Assembly (NCBI GenBank): GCA_951406725.2
Contig: OX597820.1
Location: 84,010,001 to 84,074,000, forward strand
DNA length: 64,000 nt
Direction: 5' to 3'
Origin: Octopus vulgaris
Taxonomy: Eukaryota
A program made the position numbers and the translations under genes. This document shows, piece after piece, positions 27,591-40,746 of this stretch. The notes below the pieces were generated by a model. It ran no database searches, was not told where the DNA came from, and saw only the letters and a program-made list of their open reading frames with translations. The number at the start of each line of letters is the position of its first letter. Position 1 is the first letter of the stretch.

Positions 27591-28697
27591 TAACATCGTA
27601 TATATGTATAAATGTAGATTGTGTATGCTTATTTCATGTAAAAAGCGCAGCTAATGCATGACGCTCTGCATAGCTTTTTTGTAATCTGCAGTGAATTGCC
27701 CTGAGGGTAATTTAGGAACTAAGCAAGTACGTTATAATCAACGAAGTATGTAATATTTTGTTTCTAAAGCACGTTTTATCGAATTACTTGACTATGTTTA
27801 TATTTGTAGTCATTATGTTGCCGAGATCTAGAAAAATATACCCACGCATTTATCTATGTACTACACACACACATAATCTCATAAACACACGCCCTATACA
27901 CACACATATAACATGAACAGCTATATCAATTTTCGAAGTTGCTTGTTCTCAGATTTGCACCTATATATCTGAAATTCTGTAGGTGTGTTCACCTATTAAA
28001 TGAGAACTTCAAAAGCTTTGATCTGTTTTTTTTTCCCTGAAATTTGTTCACTTTCGCTGCAGACAGTAATACAGAAGAAGAAAAGAATATTGTTTGACCA
28101 AGCGCATTGTAATAGACGCTGCAGTAATGTACGGATCAGAAACCTGTTTGTGGTAATTATATATACCTTAGTACACCATTATATATCTAAAAAAAAAAAG
28201 AAAAATCTTTTTTTCCTGAAAACAAAAGTAGAAAATGCAAGTTTGCTTTCATCAATTTATTCTTCGTTATTATGAAACTCACACTGAAACATTTTTCTGC
28301 GTGAACTGGAATCAATGTTTCTAGACAAAGTGAAAATTGCCAACATCCTGTTAACGCTATTTCACTAAACTAAACTAAATTCACGTAATTGTATTTTCTT
28401 TTTAGTTCTTTTTGTGTATGAATACACTCGGTCAAGGTTCGCTGAACATGTTAGTGTATACACACACACAAACACAGAAACACATACACAGACATACACA
28501 CACATATATTTTAATATATATTTGTTGTGTATATGTATATATGTGTATGTCTGTGTGTGTATGCGTATATGTATATGTATATACGTAACAGAAGTTGAAA
28601 ATTCGATGGGACTCTTTTATATATATTTCTATTTAAAGGCTTAAGTTGTTTCGCAGACATTTCTAATTTCCAGAAGTTAAATGAGAAGGATGTGGGG

Positions 28698-28748
<51 letters not shown>

Positions 28749-28789
28749 TATTTATATGCGCGCGCGTATGTGTGTATAAGTATGCATAT

Positions 28790-29100
28790 CGAAGTTTACA
28801 ACAATCCCCGCCAGTACCAAATATCCCGTCTATTCCATCGAGGACACGAACCCAATATTGTAATAGCTTGAGATTCAAGGGACCACAAATTTTTAATGCC
28901 CTACCACAGAACATCAGGGATCTGCGAGTTGTAAACATGGAGTTCTTGAAAAAACGTGTAGACATTTTTTTAAAATCTCCAATAAGGAATGAAAACACAT
29001 CAAGGCAGTCGCACAAAGAAGGGCGGCTACGTCCAGCTCGCTACCACACTAGGAGCAATACTGGAAAATAGAAAAATCCCCGAATGCAATAAATGCAGTA
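28790..29100 (+). mobile_element. CR1/Crack-group LINE 3' end
   Basis: RTQYCNSLRFKGPQIFNALPQNIRDL..MEFLKKRVDIFLK, the typical C-terminus FxxRxPxxFNxLP...FKxxLDxFL. Confidence 0.75.
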
Positions 29101-29184
29101 CAACAGCGTGGCCTCAGCCTCTGGCAGAAACCCGTACAAGATAAACGATATATACATACACACATACATATATGCTCACAGACA

Positions 29185-29229
<45 letters not shown>

Positions 29230-30496
29230 ATAGAATTGTGTGTGTGTACATATGTACATACACTCATATATATATATATAGATAGATAGATATATTCATA
29301 TATATTTATATACGCGAGTGTGCGTGTGAGTACCTGGTTTTGTATCACCAAAACTTTTTACAAAGCCATTATTATTTTGAAAATCATATGGCCAGTTGCA
29401 CTGCAATACATTGACCCAGAAATATAGGGGCACTGCTGGAAATTTCATTCGTCTTTTACTAACTACAATAACGTACTCATGACTTGTACGTACATATAGC
29501 ATCAAGTTTTATGTAAGGATGAAATAAATTCATTACTCATAATTGGTACATAATCTATATACATCTTTGTTCGCTTGCGCACGCGTGCGTGTGTATGTGT
29601 GAGAGTGTGTGTATAATGCGGCCGGCATATATACGTGTGCTGTGTGAACATGTCCTTTTTGACTCCTATGATCCAACTATAGAATTCATTACTATGGTTG
29701 TTTATCAAATTCACAGGCTTCTACAAAACATATATTACTCAAAGAATGATGAGAAGATACATGTGTGTGTGTGTATTTGAATTTGTTAGTGCGCGCGTGT
29801 GTGTGTGTATGTGTGTGTATGTAATATTACAGTTTATAGCCATCGTTCTTTCTGTAGTGAGCAAATAACTTGTGATTAATTAATAATTATACTGTGAGAA
29901 GAAGAAACTCGTCAAATGGTGTAAAGCACTATCAATAATTATATGACTTAGAGAGTGCAGTGAGTTTTACGATGATTCTCAGGAGACGTGTCAACTGCTG
30001 CTTCATATACACATTTATAAGAAGTGCCTCTTTTGAGGCCTTCTACGCATCAAAATAATCTGCAAGAATTTGTAACCGAATCACTTTGAAGAAAACGTAC
30101 TGTCTTAAAAAAATTGAAGATACGCTGGAAAAAATCTAATTCCCACATTGAGAATATGTTGGATATCTGCAATAGTCTTCGGTGTAGCATCGAATACCTT
30201 CTTTGACGGTCTCTTGCTATGTTTCTTTTGTAATATATAACATAAATGTCGACACTCTCGCAAAGAAATATAGTAATTCAGTCAGCATTTCGCCAATATA
30301 TGAGGCTGACAACAGGACTGAAAATTTACCATCGATGGCAACTCAATGCAAACACATGCCCTACTATATATAGGTAGTAATTGTGACTCAGTGCAAATGC
30401 TTTCAAGAAAGGTGGACATACAAACAAACAGTATTTTCCAAAAGATGAAATTGTTGAATTCATGCGCCAAAATGAAAAATCTCTTAAGACCAGTCC

Positions 30497-30497
<1 letters not shown>

Positions 30498-30542
<45 letters not shown>

Positions 30543-30866
30543 TAATAATAATAATAACAATAATTATAATAATGTTGATGTGATGACGACGACAACACCG
30601 ATGACGTTGATAATGATGATGATGATGTGAAGAAGGAGGAGGCCGGTGGTAGTAGTGATGATCACAACGACGATGACGATAATGAGGTTGATGATAATGG
30701 TAATATTGTTGATGTCGACGCCCACGACAACGCCGATGAGAATGGTGTTCATAATGATATTCATTATGACGATGATGATGATGGTTACGCTGATGGTGGT
30801 GAGGATGATGAGGTGGTAGTAGTAGTAGTAGTAGAAGTAGTAGTAGTAGTAGAATTAGTAGTAGTG

Positions 30867-30920
<54 letters not shown>

Positions 30921-31015
30921 AGGAGAAGACGGGAGGAAGAAGAGGAGAGAAGGAGGAAGAGGAAACGAGGAGGAAGAGGAGGGAGAGGAGTACAATGATG
31001 ATTATCATCATCATG
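30498..31015. repeat. compound trinucleotide array (AAT)n-(GAT)n-(TAG)n-(GAG)n
   Basis: Directly visible. Confidence 0.95.
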
Positions 31016-31199
31016 ATACTTGGCAGTGCAAGAAGTTTCCACATTGTCTGATATTTGAAAAGAACAGCTCCTTTCTCCCTGGAAAGTGAACTGCTTTTAC
31101 ATTAATGACACTTCCAATAACACACTGAATATATTAGGTGTAATAATTATATTATGTTCAATATTATTGCAATATTTTGGTAAGTTATACTTGTTAAAA

Positions 31200-31790
31200 G
31201 AAAAGCAGCCTAGCATCGAAATTGGAGGCCATCGAGTTGCACAGACTGAAACCACTTATCCTGTTTTTATCCGCACGTTTAAACCAATTCTTGTACGTCA
31301 AGGTAAATAACTTCTTCACTGAAACCTCCAATCTTCTCTTGGTTTATTGAAAATCGCCAGCGCAGGAAGCACGCTCTCTATCGGAACATGTAATGAAACG
31401 AGGGAGATATTTATGCAATCATAACGTGAATAAGCAGTGATTAAGCAATGAACCACTTCAGGAAACTGTCTCGAAACATCGGTGTTTCGAAAACAAGGTG
31501 ATGCTCTACTTCTGGTAGAATTATGATGGGGATTATTCACTACGTGTGTGTTCCGGTTGGTTGAACCTTTGATGCCAACTTATGCTCCGAACTGCTAGAG
31601 TGGATGTATATCATTGTGCTACAAAGATACTCGACATTATTAATCAGAATGGGAGCTCTTCTGCAGCAAGATAACGCGAGATCTTATACCGCTCGAACAA
31701 CCCGAAATAAACTTCAGAATAAACTTCAGAAACTTGAAGGATCAAGCTGATTATATATCCTGGACCTAGCTCCATCCAACTGTTCAAAGA
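31200..31790 (+). mobile_element. mariner relic
   Basis: Fragments LLQQDNARSYTARTTRNKLQ and DLAPSN (HDNARPH and SPDLAPSD equivalents). Confidence 0.7.
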
Positions 31791-31894
31791 AAGGCTTACA
31801 TATTACGCTAGACCACTAACCTGTACAATAATCCCTATTAATCACCTCACTCTAAGCCTTAAACTTGCAATTTAGTTGCAAGTTTTATGATTTT

Positions 31895-32301
31895 TATCTC
31901 TTGTCTTTTTTGTTGTTTTAAGTCCTTTGACTGCGGCCCTGCTGGTGCACCGCTTTGAACAAATCGACCTCAGGTATTATTTTTGTCTTTTAAGCTTGGT
32001 ACTTATTCTATAGGTCTCTTTTCACCGAAATATTAAATTACTGGGACGTAAACACACCAACACCGGTTGTCAGGTGGTGGTCCGGGACAAACATCGACAC
32101 GAAGATACGCGCGTGCGCACATACACACATACACATAAACATATACGATGGATTTCTTTCAGATTTCGTCTACCAAATCCACTGACAAATGTTTGGTTAA
32201 CCCGAGGCTATGCTAGAAAACACTTGCCCATGGTGCTATGCAATTGAACTGAACGCAGAACCATGTGGTCGGAATGCAAGCTTGCTACCACACAACCACA
32301 C
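31895..32301 (-). mobile_element. SINE (same family as 11091), full-length, reverse orientation
   Basis: Reverse complement of the head (...gcaagcttgctaccacacaaccac) and tail (gtcctttgactgcggcc...cttggtacttattcta), with an internal CA repeat. Confidence 0.85.
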
Positions 32302-32324
32302 TTGCATTTATATAATATATTACT

Positions 32325-32556
32325 GCGGTGAGCTGACAGAATCGTTAGCACGCCGGGCGAAATGCTTAGCGGTATTTCGTCTGCCGCTACGTTCAGAGTT
32401 CAAATTGCCTCAAGGTCGACTTTGCCTTTAATCCTGTGGAGGTCGATTAAATAAGTACCAGTTTCACACTGGAGGTCGATGTAATCGACTTAATCAATTT
32501 TTCTGTCCTTGATTGTCCCCTGTATGTTTAGACCGCCTGTGGGTAATAATGAAATA
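32325..32556 (+). mobile_element. tRNA-related SINE with 14-bp target-site duplication
   Basis: gcggtgagctgacagaatcgttagcacgccgggcgaaatgc...gagttcaaatt...; tail ctgtccttgattgtcccctgtatgtttag...aataatgaaata; AATATATTACTGCG duplicated at 32314-32327 and 32557-32570. Confidence 0.9.
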
Positions 32557-33170
32557 AATATATTACTGCGTAAACCGAAACTACAATTTACATTGCCCAA
32601 TAAATATTTTAACGTTAAAAGCCGATCTTATATTATACGTTACCTTATACAATAAAAACTCTCAATCAGATATTCAATCAAATAAATTTGCTTCCTCTGC
32701 GAAAGAGCTATAATCCTATTCTAACATTCATGCACCTATCGGCGGAAAAAAGCCTTGGTCATTTAAAATTAACTCAAAATTAACAAAATTTCTCTACACA
32801 TTCATATTTACATATCTCTGAAAAATCTCATCCAAATGAAAGAGATTGTTAAAATATTAAAATCGGACCACTTGTGCTAATCGCCTAACAGTTTCAAAAA
32901 TTGCGAACGAAAATATCTTCTATGTATCCATGTAAGTCTCTCAGCTGTCTACCTAAATCTAATTATTTTCTTTATGTTAAATCACTGGAGAAAACTGATC
33001 TTCCATTTACTATCTGTTTAAGTCGGTTGAAAGTGAACAGAAATAACACAACATGGGAATGGATACATTCATTGTATGTGCACCTATGTTTGCGAAAAGG
33101 TAATTATACTCTCCCACTTTCTCTCTCTCCTTCTCAATTTCTCTCTCTCTCTCTCTCTATCTCTCTCTAT

Positions 33171-33208
<38 letters not shown>

Positions 33209-33689
33209 CACACATTCACATATTTATACAAAATTTTAAATTCCATTGCAGCCAGTGTCTTGTAGCAACATACCAGATGTTGACAGACGTATGTGTTTGT
33301 GTGTTTGTGTGTGTGTGTGTGTCTGTCTGTCTGTCTGTCTGTTTGTGTGTGTGTATGTATCTGTGTATGAGGAATTCTCTTGTCGTGAACGACAAATGAG
33401 GTTTCAGTGAAATAAAACACCACTTATGTTCTATGAACAAGAATGTGTCCATGGAGGCTTGCTGGTGCCTTGCAAGCCATCTGACAAATGGAACAAGTTG
33501 AGGACTCAATTTGCTTTAGTGCTTGTAGATCATTCAGTATATATTTTCTTGGGAGGATGGGAAGTTCTGCTTTGCTTCTTGGTACAAAACCACAATGAAA
33601 AATAAGGTTTCCATTTAGAGGAACATCGGTTTGCCAGCGTTGTTTAATGATTCTACGAAGCTGGTCCCGATGTTAGGGTCGACTTTGCT

Positions 33690-34210
33690 AAAATCATTGA
33701 CCTAGCACTACGTCCTGCGTCTTGATGCCTTGTTTTCCCAGAAAGAAAAGGGAACGTTGCATCGCTTCAGATTGTGTTTTAGTTTGTCTTTGAAGCGCAA
33801 GACTGGCCTTCCAACTGACCTTCCTGTTGGGAATGTGCCAAAAAGAATCTGGTTGAGAATTCTGATATCACTCATACGTGAGAGATGACCTGACCATCTA
33901 AGCGTTTTTGATAAGGATGGATTCAATACATGACATGTTGCATATTGTTAGTACGTCACTGTTATGGATATGGTCAATCAGTTTTGTTGGAGATATTATA
34001 GAATCATGGCCCATGAAAAATATCAAGCTGGTTGATATGCATTCTGTACAGATTCAGCACTATAAAGCAATGTTCTCAAAACCAACGACTTTCACCTCCA
34101 ACGATATGTGGTTTTTGTTCCATAGCGTGTTGTAAAGCGTACCGAAAACGGAGCTAGGCTTCCCAATTTTGGACTCAATTCCTTTATCTATATTAGCATC
34201 ACTGAACAAA
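33690..34210 (-). mobile_element. RTE (BovB-like) LINE 3' fragment
   Basis: SSVFGTLYNTLWNKNHISLEVKV...TLRWSGHLSRMSDIRILNQILFGTFPTGRSVGRPVLRFKDKLKHNLKRC. Confidence 0.88.
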
Positions 34211-34796
34211 GATGTGTGAAGAAGTTATGTAACACAGTGCCTCAAAACTAGTCTTGGGATATAAAGCTTCTCAAAAGCAGAAACTAGAAAGCTGAGTCGA
34301 AGACTACAGATCCATTCTATCACTGGAACTGTAAAAATCTGTAAAACTTTCCAGAAGTTCTGTCATTTAAATATATATGAGCATGTCTACATATGCAACT
34401 ATAGCCATGAGAATACATACGTAAGACGAAGCATACAGATCTGCACATGAAAATACATATAAGCACGCATACACACTCAAAGGATAAATGAAAGGAAAAG
34501 CAATTAACCACATTATTTTAAATCACAATAATTATTTCGTCTCATTTTTATACTTATAGTACTTGAGTGAGATGGTGTGCAATCATTACCCTTATCAGGT
34601 ATCCTTTCCATTATAAAGAGTATTTGAACTCTATGATGACGTGAGGTAGCCAATAACAGGGCAAATATATATATATATATATATATATAGTGTACATTAA
34701 AACACATTAAGAGGCTTCCATCATAGGAGTCCATTACGCTAGAAAGAACAGTTAAGTCCAAACCATTTCTATAATTTTTATTACCCTTATATTATT

Positions 34797-34848
<52 letters not shown>

Positions 34849-34899
34849 CAGACTCTGTTATAGAAACTCAATTGATTAATATGTAGTTTTTTCACGCCC

Positions 34900-35005
34900 A
34901 TTGCCTCTGAAGATATTCTACACTAAATATTCAAAACGCAAACTTATTTCATGGTATATGTTTGTAATTTGTGTTGATTGTCGATTGAAACAGTCGTAGA
35001 CCTTA
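34900..35005 (+). ncRNA. degenerate Penelope-type hammerhead-like motif with long stem II insert
   Basis: CTGAAGA at 34907-34913 ... GAAAC-AGTC-GTA at 34987-34998. Confidence 0.35.
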
Positions 35006-35289
35006 TAAAAGATGACAATAAATTAATTTATGTTCATTCCGTTACCACATTTACTTAATTAAATATATTTGATATTTATAATATGCCTATTTTCATATTG
35101 AAGAAATGTTTCTTAACAATGTAATATATTAAACCAGTGTAACTTGGATGAAACCATCCCCGTAAGAGGTTTATGTATCTACATAGTGATTATATGTTTT
35201 TTTGTGAATTCTCCACATATATTACTCGCTCACGTAGTCACTACAGTTGATCCTGTCTCCTCTCATTACTCAACGAAGTTGTACACCTC

Positions 35290-35620
35290 CTAAACTGGAA
35301 TATTCTTCTTGGATTCTCTACCTGGACTTTCTACTCTCGTACACTTCAGCTGCAATTCTCCTGCCCATGGATTACACTGAACTCCTCTGTTGATGAGAAA
35401 TCGCTCTAATACACTACGACGTTCGAAGCGTTTTAACCTTTTGAACTTTCTTAACTTTTTGTAGTTTCTAAACATTTTTTTGTTTCCTTGTTTCTTTCCG
35501 TGTCCTTTCTATGGAAGAGCGCAGGCTCGAACCGTTAAAGACCTTTTCACATCCCGAGCGTCAAACTAATACATATGTCTGTTTGCTACACCACCTATCA
35601 TCGTCTTTTGTTTTTTTTGT
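35290..35620 (+). mobile_element. Penelope pLTR-like repeat with degenerate minimal hammerhead
   Basis: ~35503-35543 CCTTT-CTATGGA-A-GAGC-GCAG-GCTC-GAACC-GTT-AAAGA: stems I and II are present but the core is mutated. Confidence 0.45.
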
Positions 35621-35663
35621 GAATCCTCTCTCTTTCTCTCTCTCTCTCTCTCTATCTATCTAT

Positions 35664-35704
<41 letters not shown>

Positions 35705-38349
35705 TATGTTTCTAAATGAGTTTTCCTTATTAAATATATGGACAGCACAGGATTTTTGTCAAACCATTTCTAACATTTCAACGTATCAATATTTTACTTA
35801 TAGAAACTCCTCTACAAATACTCTTTCAAATTTTGTCTCACAGTTTCCATAGGTAGTAACGTTATAGCCTGTTTTTCTATTTAAAAAGTTCCTGGTAAGA
35901 CATCCAGCTTTCAATCCTTGCAATTAGTAGCGCAAGAAACAAACATATGCAGATGTGGTGTTTGTATATCGGCGTATCTGTTAATACGCATTACATAGTT
36001 TTGAGTTTACTGCTTTTCTAACGTGACGTATTTCTCGATACTATATTTCCAAATTTTCCTGAGTATCATAGATCTCTCTGAACAGTAATTGAACTGTTTT
36101 TAGAAAACACTGAGCCGGAAACATTGTTTCGTCTTACGAAAGGTTATTGCAAGTCTTTGACGCTCTTTTATTTATTGATTTTCCCTAAAATGTTTTCTTA
36201 ACGTAAATCCTACAGTGCATTGACAGGTGACTATTTTCTGTTAAACAGAGTTCCTTATGTGGAAGAAGCACGGTGAAAATGTAATGAAACCTATCATAAA
36301 AAGCATTATTTTGCCTGGTTTAATCTACTGATTAAAGCTAATTCCTGGCTGCTTTACAACCTCTACTCGTGTAACACTACCACCTAGGTCTTCTGAATTT
36401 CTTGTTTGCTTTTTTCTTTTTGTAATGCTGTTTTTTTTTCAACTATTACGAAGCAGTTTTCTCTCTTGGGCTAACTTTCTTTCCCTCAGCAATCTCGAAT
36501 ATACTGTGAAAAGCATGGATTCTGGCGAAGCTCCCCCACCATTAAGTTCATTAAGGTATATGAGGAATTCATAACGTGGTGTATTCCATTCCACCAGGAC
36601 ATTCCAAGATGATTTTAAGATTTCGATACAGATTCATTAAATATGCTGACCGCTGCAAAGTTTGTATCTAATTACCACTGGGCTAATAAATATATATGTC
36701 ATGCTCATTAAATCTAATTAATGGAAGACAAAATAATTATACACAGCACTGGCGCTGATTTCCGTTGATTATTCCGATTACAAATAATCGTGTCATCTGT
36801 AGAAACCAAGACATACATGGAATTTTAATTTTATTGCTACTGTCACCTTTATGTAGCTCCATGCTGGCTCTGATCTAGTTGGCCTTCTAAATGCAGTTGT
36901 GGTATCTTTTATATGTATACAAGAAACACGGGAACTTATTCAACATTTTGTTTTTCTTTAAGATTCTCTGGGGTTATTTCAGGGGATATTTTGTTGTCAT
37001 TTCTAAGAGGTAGAGAAAATATAAAGAATCATTTAAGAAGAATATTTGAAAGCTATAGATTTCTTGATGTGTCATTTAGCAACATATATTAACAATGGGT
37101 ATTTTGGAACTAACTCTACTAATTGATTGGTATATTTATTGTGTGTGGACAATAATGAAATTCCTAAGTCGACAAAGACGAAAATTGACATTTGATAAAA
37201 CAAAATGAATATAACTGCTTTTGTCTAATGGTCTATTTATTTTGGTATCACGAAACATCTAATTAACGTTCTTGGTTTATTCCTGTGATTAATTTGACAC
37301 CATTAGAATCAGTGATAATACTTCAATATCAACACTTGGAATATAATTCTAATATTCATTCCAATCACATAACGAAATTGCTGCTATTGTTACAGCTGTC
37401 GTTTTTTTTGTCGCTGTTGTTGATGCTGACGTTTGCGTTGTCATTGTTGTTGTTTTGTCTAACATTCTCCTAAATCTATCAATCATATAATGACGATTGG
37501 CATCACCTCTCCTGGCAAAATGTGTTTCGTAACAGATGATAGACTATATTGTGCCATCAATTAACTCTTGTAGTTTCTGTACACTTTAATATAAAATATG
37601 TCACATATGATTAATAAGATTATTGCTAGCTGCAGGGGTTCCATGAAAATAAATACGTATGTTACTATGATATTCCAATCATAAAATGTATAGACATTTG
37701 ATATTGTTGTTGAAACCACTGGGCTGGTTATTTCTTCAAGTAACGTAACCCGGAGTAAAACCTTGATATATAATCTTCTATATCAACATTTGAACAAATA
37801 CTCTTCTTGGAAACAACACAAGAATTTATGATATACACAACAACATTTTATAACAGAAATACGAAGAGTTTATGACAATAGATTTCCCTGGGGTAAAAAT
37901 CGATCTTAGCACAAGGAGGTAACCTAATAAATTACATTAGTTGATTACATGAGTTGATGGTTATAATATCACAGCTTGTAACATATCCCATTTAGATAAA
38001 CTTACCTCTACACTGGAAATTATACGATGCAAGCACCTTTCTTTATGTCACTTGTTTACGAAACAATCATCAATCTACGTATCCACAGTTAGGGACGTAG
38101 TGTAAGCCTTCAATTCGCTCATTGTTACACGAAAGTGTTTTTTTTTTCGTTCCCACTGTAGAATATCGTAAGCAAGTGACATGTACCATAGCCTCTTGTT
38201 AGTCAAAAAATTCTTAACGTTTGTTGTTAGAGAGATACACTCGAAAAACCGTCGCAGCCACCGTTTTTGATTTTGTCTGGTAGACATAATATCTAGTATG
38301 TTAAACATCATATTTATTCATTGGAACTTTTCACATAATTTAATACATT

Positions 38350-38560
38350 GCAAGTATATAAGGCATCGAGCAGGGAAAATAGTTGGTTTGCCTGCCAAAA
38401 TATCTAGTGGTATTTTGTCTGTCTTTATCTTCTGGGTTCATATGCCATCGAGGTCGAATTTGCCTTTCATCATTTCGGGGTCGATAAAACAAGTACCAGA
38501 TTATCACTGGCCTATTTCCTCGATTTAAACCATCACCTGTCATTACTGGCTAGTGTCAAA
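38350..38560 (+). mobile_element. degenerate SINE (related to 32325 family)
   Basis: gaggtcgaatttgcctttcatcatttcggggtcgataaaacaagtaccag matches ~32412-32461. Confidence 0.7.
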
Positions 38561-39409
38561 ATATGAAACCAATATTTTATATGTATTTGTGACAGTTTTC
38601 CACTTTAAGCAAAAGTTCTCTATTTTTCTTATCAGTATAGAGAGCTCTCAAACGTTTCCTTGGACCTACTCATCTCCAAATCTCTGGGATGTAAATGAAA
38701 TATTATGAGATCATTCCATTAACTAAATAAGTTTGTTTGTTTACATTCCTTCCACTAACCTCTCAATGGTGGATGCCCTGTATTCCTACATTTTTCATTA
38801 CACAATGTAGCCAATCAGTATATTCTAATGACTGGTACGTTGGCCATATTCTCATATCATAACTAGTTTGACAATAGACGACGACATTACGTTTTACTTA
38901 CACGAAACCACACTCTAGCACCAACAAACAAACATTGTCTACATGGTGATGGTTTTGAATTTTAGGAAGATATTAATAAACTTTGTTCGTGTCAACGAAG
39001 ATTCCATAAAATAAAATATCAAGTATACATATAACTCCGTAAAAAGACGACACATTTTTGAACAATCATTAAAAAGGAACCTGTGACATTTCAAATCAGA
39101 AGTTTGGATTCAGGAATTTCTTGTGAAAGGTCAAATACAACAACGTGAATATAGGTCGCTGTTTGTTTTCAGCAACAATATCGAGTGAAATGAATTATTT
39201 ATAAAAATAAAAATTCAGCGTCGAAATGTATTGTATTATTTATAAAGCTAGACTGTTAAAGATGACCAATATGCTAGAGCGATTAAATTCATACGATATA
39301 ATATCGAATTAGGTCCTAACTGTTCGAAGACTAAATCCCATAAGTAAACGCAGAATAAATAAAAGCACACATACATAAACAGAGATGTCTCTCTGATATG
39401 TCTCAGAGA

Positions 39410-39600
39410 CCTGTGTGTGTGTTTGTATGTTTGTGGGTGCTTGAGTATGTATGTGTGTGTATGTGTGTATATGCGTGTATGTGTGTATATGTGTGCATGT
39501 GTATGTATATGTGCGTATGTGTGTATATGCGTGTATGTGTGTATATGTGTGTATGTGTGCGTGGTTGTTTGTGTGTGTGCATTTTTGAACGTTTGTGTGT
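39410..39600. repeat. TG/TA-derived 18-bp minisatellite (gtgtatatgcgtgtatgt-like)
   Basis: Directly visible periodic units. Confidence 0.85.
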
Positions 39601-40197
39601 ATACTTTGTAGCTGGAAATGTTTCCACTTTGGATAGCTAGTTCTTTTTTTTTGCAACTTATTCTACAGCTGTCATTGTTTTTATTGCCAAATCGTCAGTT
39701 ATTATGTCCATTGCTTCATATGTATGTTTCGTCTCCCATAGGCCAATTCAGCAGTCATTGTGTTTCATTTTTGTCTGTTAATAGTCGCATCTTATTTACA
39801 AAGATTAAGACATTTTATGGCTTCGTGTTTCGTTAAATCTGTTTAATTTCCTGCTAGTATTTATATGCTATTTCAGCAGCGTTTCTGTATCTGCCTGTTG
39901 ATTGCGTCATTAATATCCTGCTATGCTAAATGTCTCAACGGGATAAATTTATAATTCATAAGTGACATCACATACATACATATATACATCCATCCATCCA
40001 TACATACATATGTATATATATATATGTGTGAGTGTGTGTGTGTGTTTTGAGAGGTAATGGTGTCAAGAAGACCCAAATGTGTCAGGTAATGTGTGAGTAA
40101 ATGCTATGGAAAGACAATAGTTAAGCTCCAGGTTCGGTGATTATGCGAATGAGGAGTCCAACGTAGGTCATATAGGCATGCGTATATATAAAAAAAA

Positions 40198-40705
40198 ATT
40201 AACAGAATGAGATAAAAATCCAAAGCTGCGAAAGATTAAAGAACATTTATGAAGAGAAGGTCTCACAGCTGTTCCCAGAATATTTTATATATCCCTTCCT
40301 CGGAGACGGTGTGAGAAAATGTTTAAGCAATAGTTATTTTAGAGAAGATATGAAATAGAGAGTGAAGTGGAGGAGTGAAAACTGACGCGAGATATGCAGG
40401 GATATTGTATCTGCAGTTCCATTATTTAGGCAGAATGTTATACATACAACTTTCCTGTATACTTATGCGCATACCATTCTGCCTAAATAATGGAACTGCA
40501 GATAAAATGTCCCTGCATATATCATGCCTGTTTCATTCGTCCACTTCACTCTCTATTTCATATCTTCTCTAGAACAACAATTTCTTAACCATTCTCTCAC
40601 ACCGTCTCCGATGAAGGGATATATAAAATATCCCGGAAACAGCTGGAAGACCTCTTTATAAATGTTCTGACATCTTTCACAGCCTTGGATGTTTATCTCC
40701 TTCTG

Positions 40706-40711
<6 letters not shown>
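40198..40711. mobile_element. ~510-bp palindromic foldback element with a hammerhead-like motif in each arm
   Basis: Arms ~40198-40440 and ~40470-40711 are reverse complements. The right arm at 40604-40651 reads GTCT-CCGATGA-A-GGGATAT-ATAAA-ATATCCC-G-GAAAC-AGCT-GGA-AGAC; the mirror copy is at 40260-40307. Confidence 0.85.

Positions 40712-40746
<35 letters not shown>

Noticed and set aside
30484-31044. 186-aa ORF with poly-L/His (and the acidic poly-V ORF on the plus strand)
   Set aside because: A compound trinucleotide repeat open in several frames on both strands, with no domain.
36491-36550. Cadherin-like motif (YTVKSMDSGEAPPPLSS resembles YxLxVxAxDxGxPPLSS)
   Set aside because: Flanking sequence in frame shows no other cadherin motifs (DRE, DxNDN) and stops shortly after; the resemblance is probably chance.
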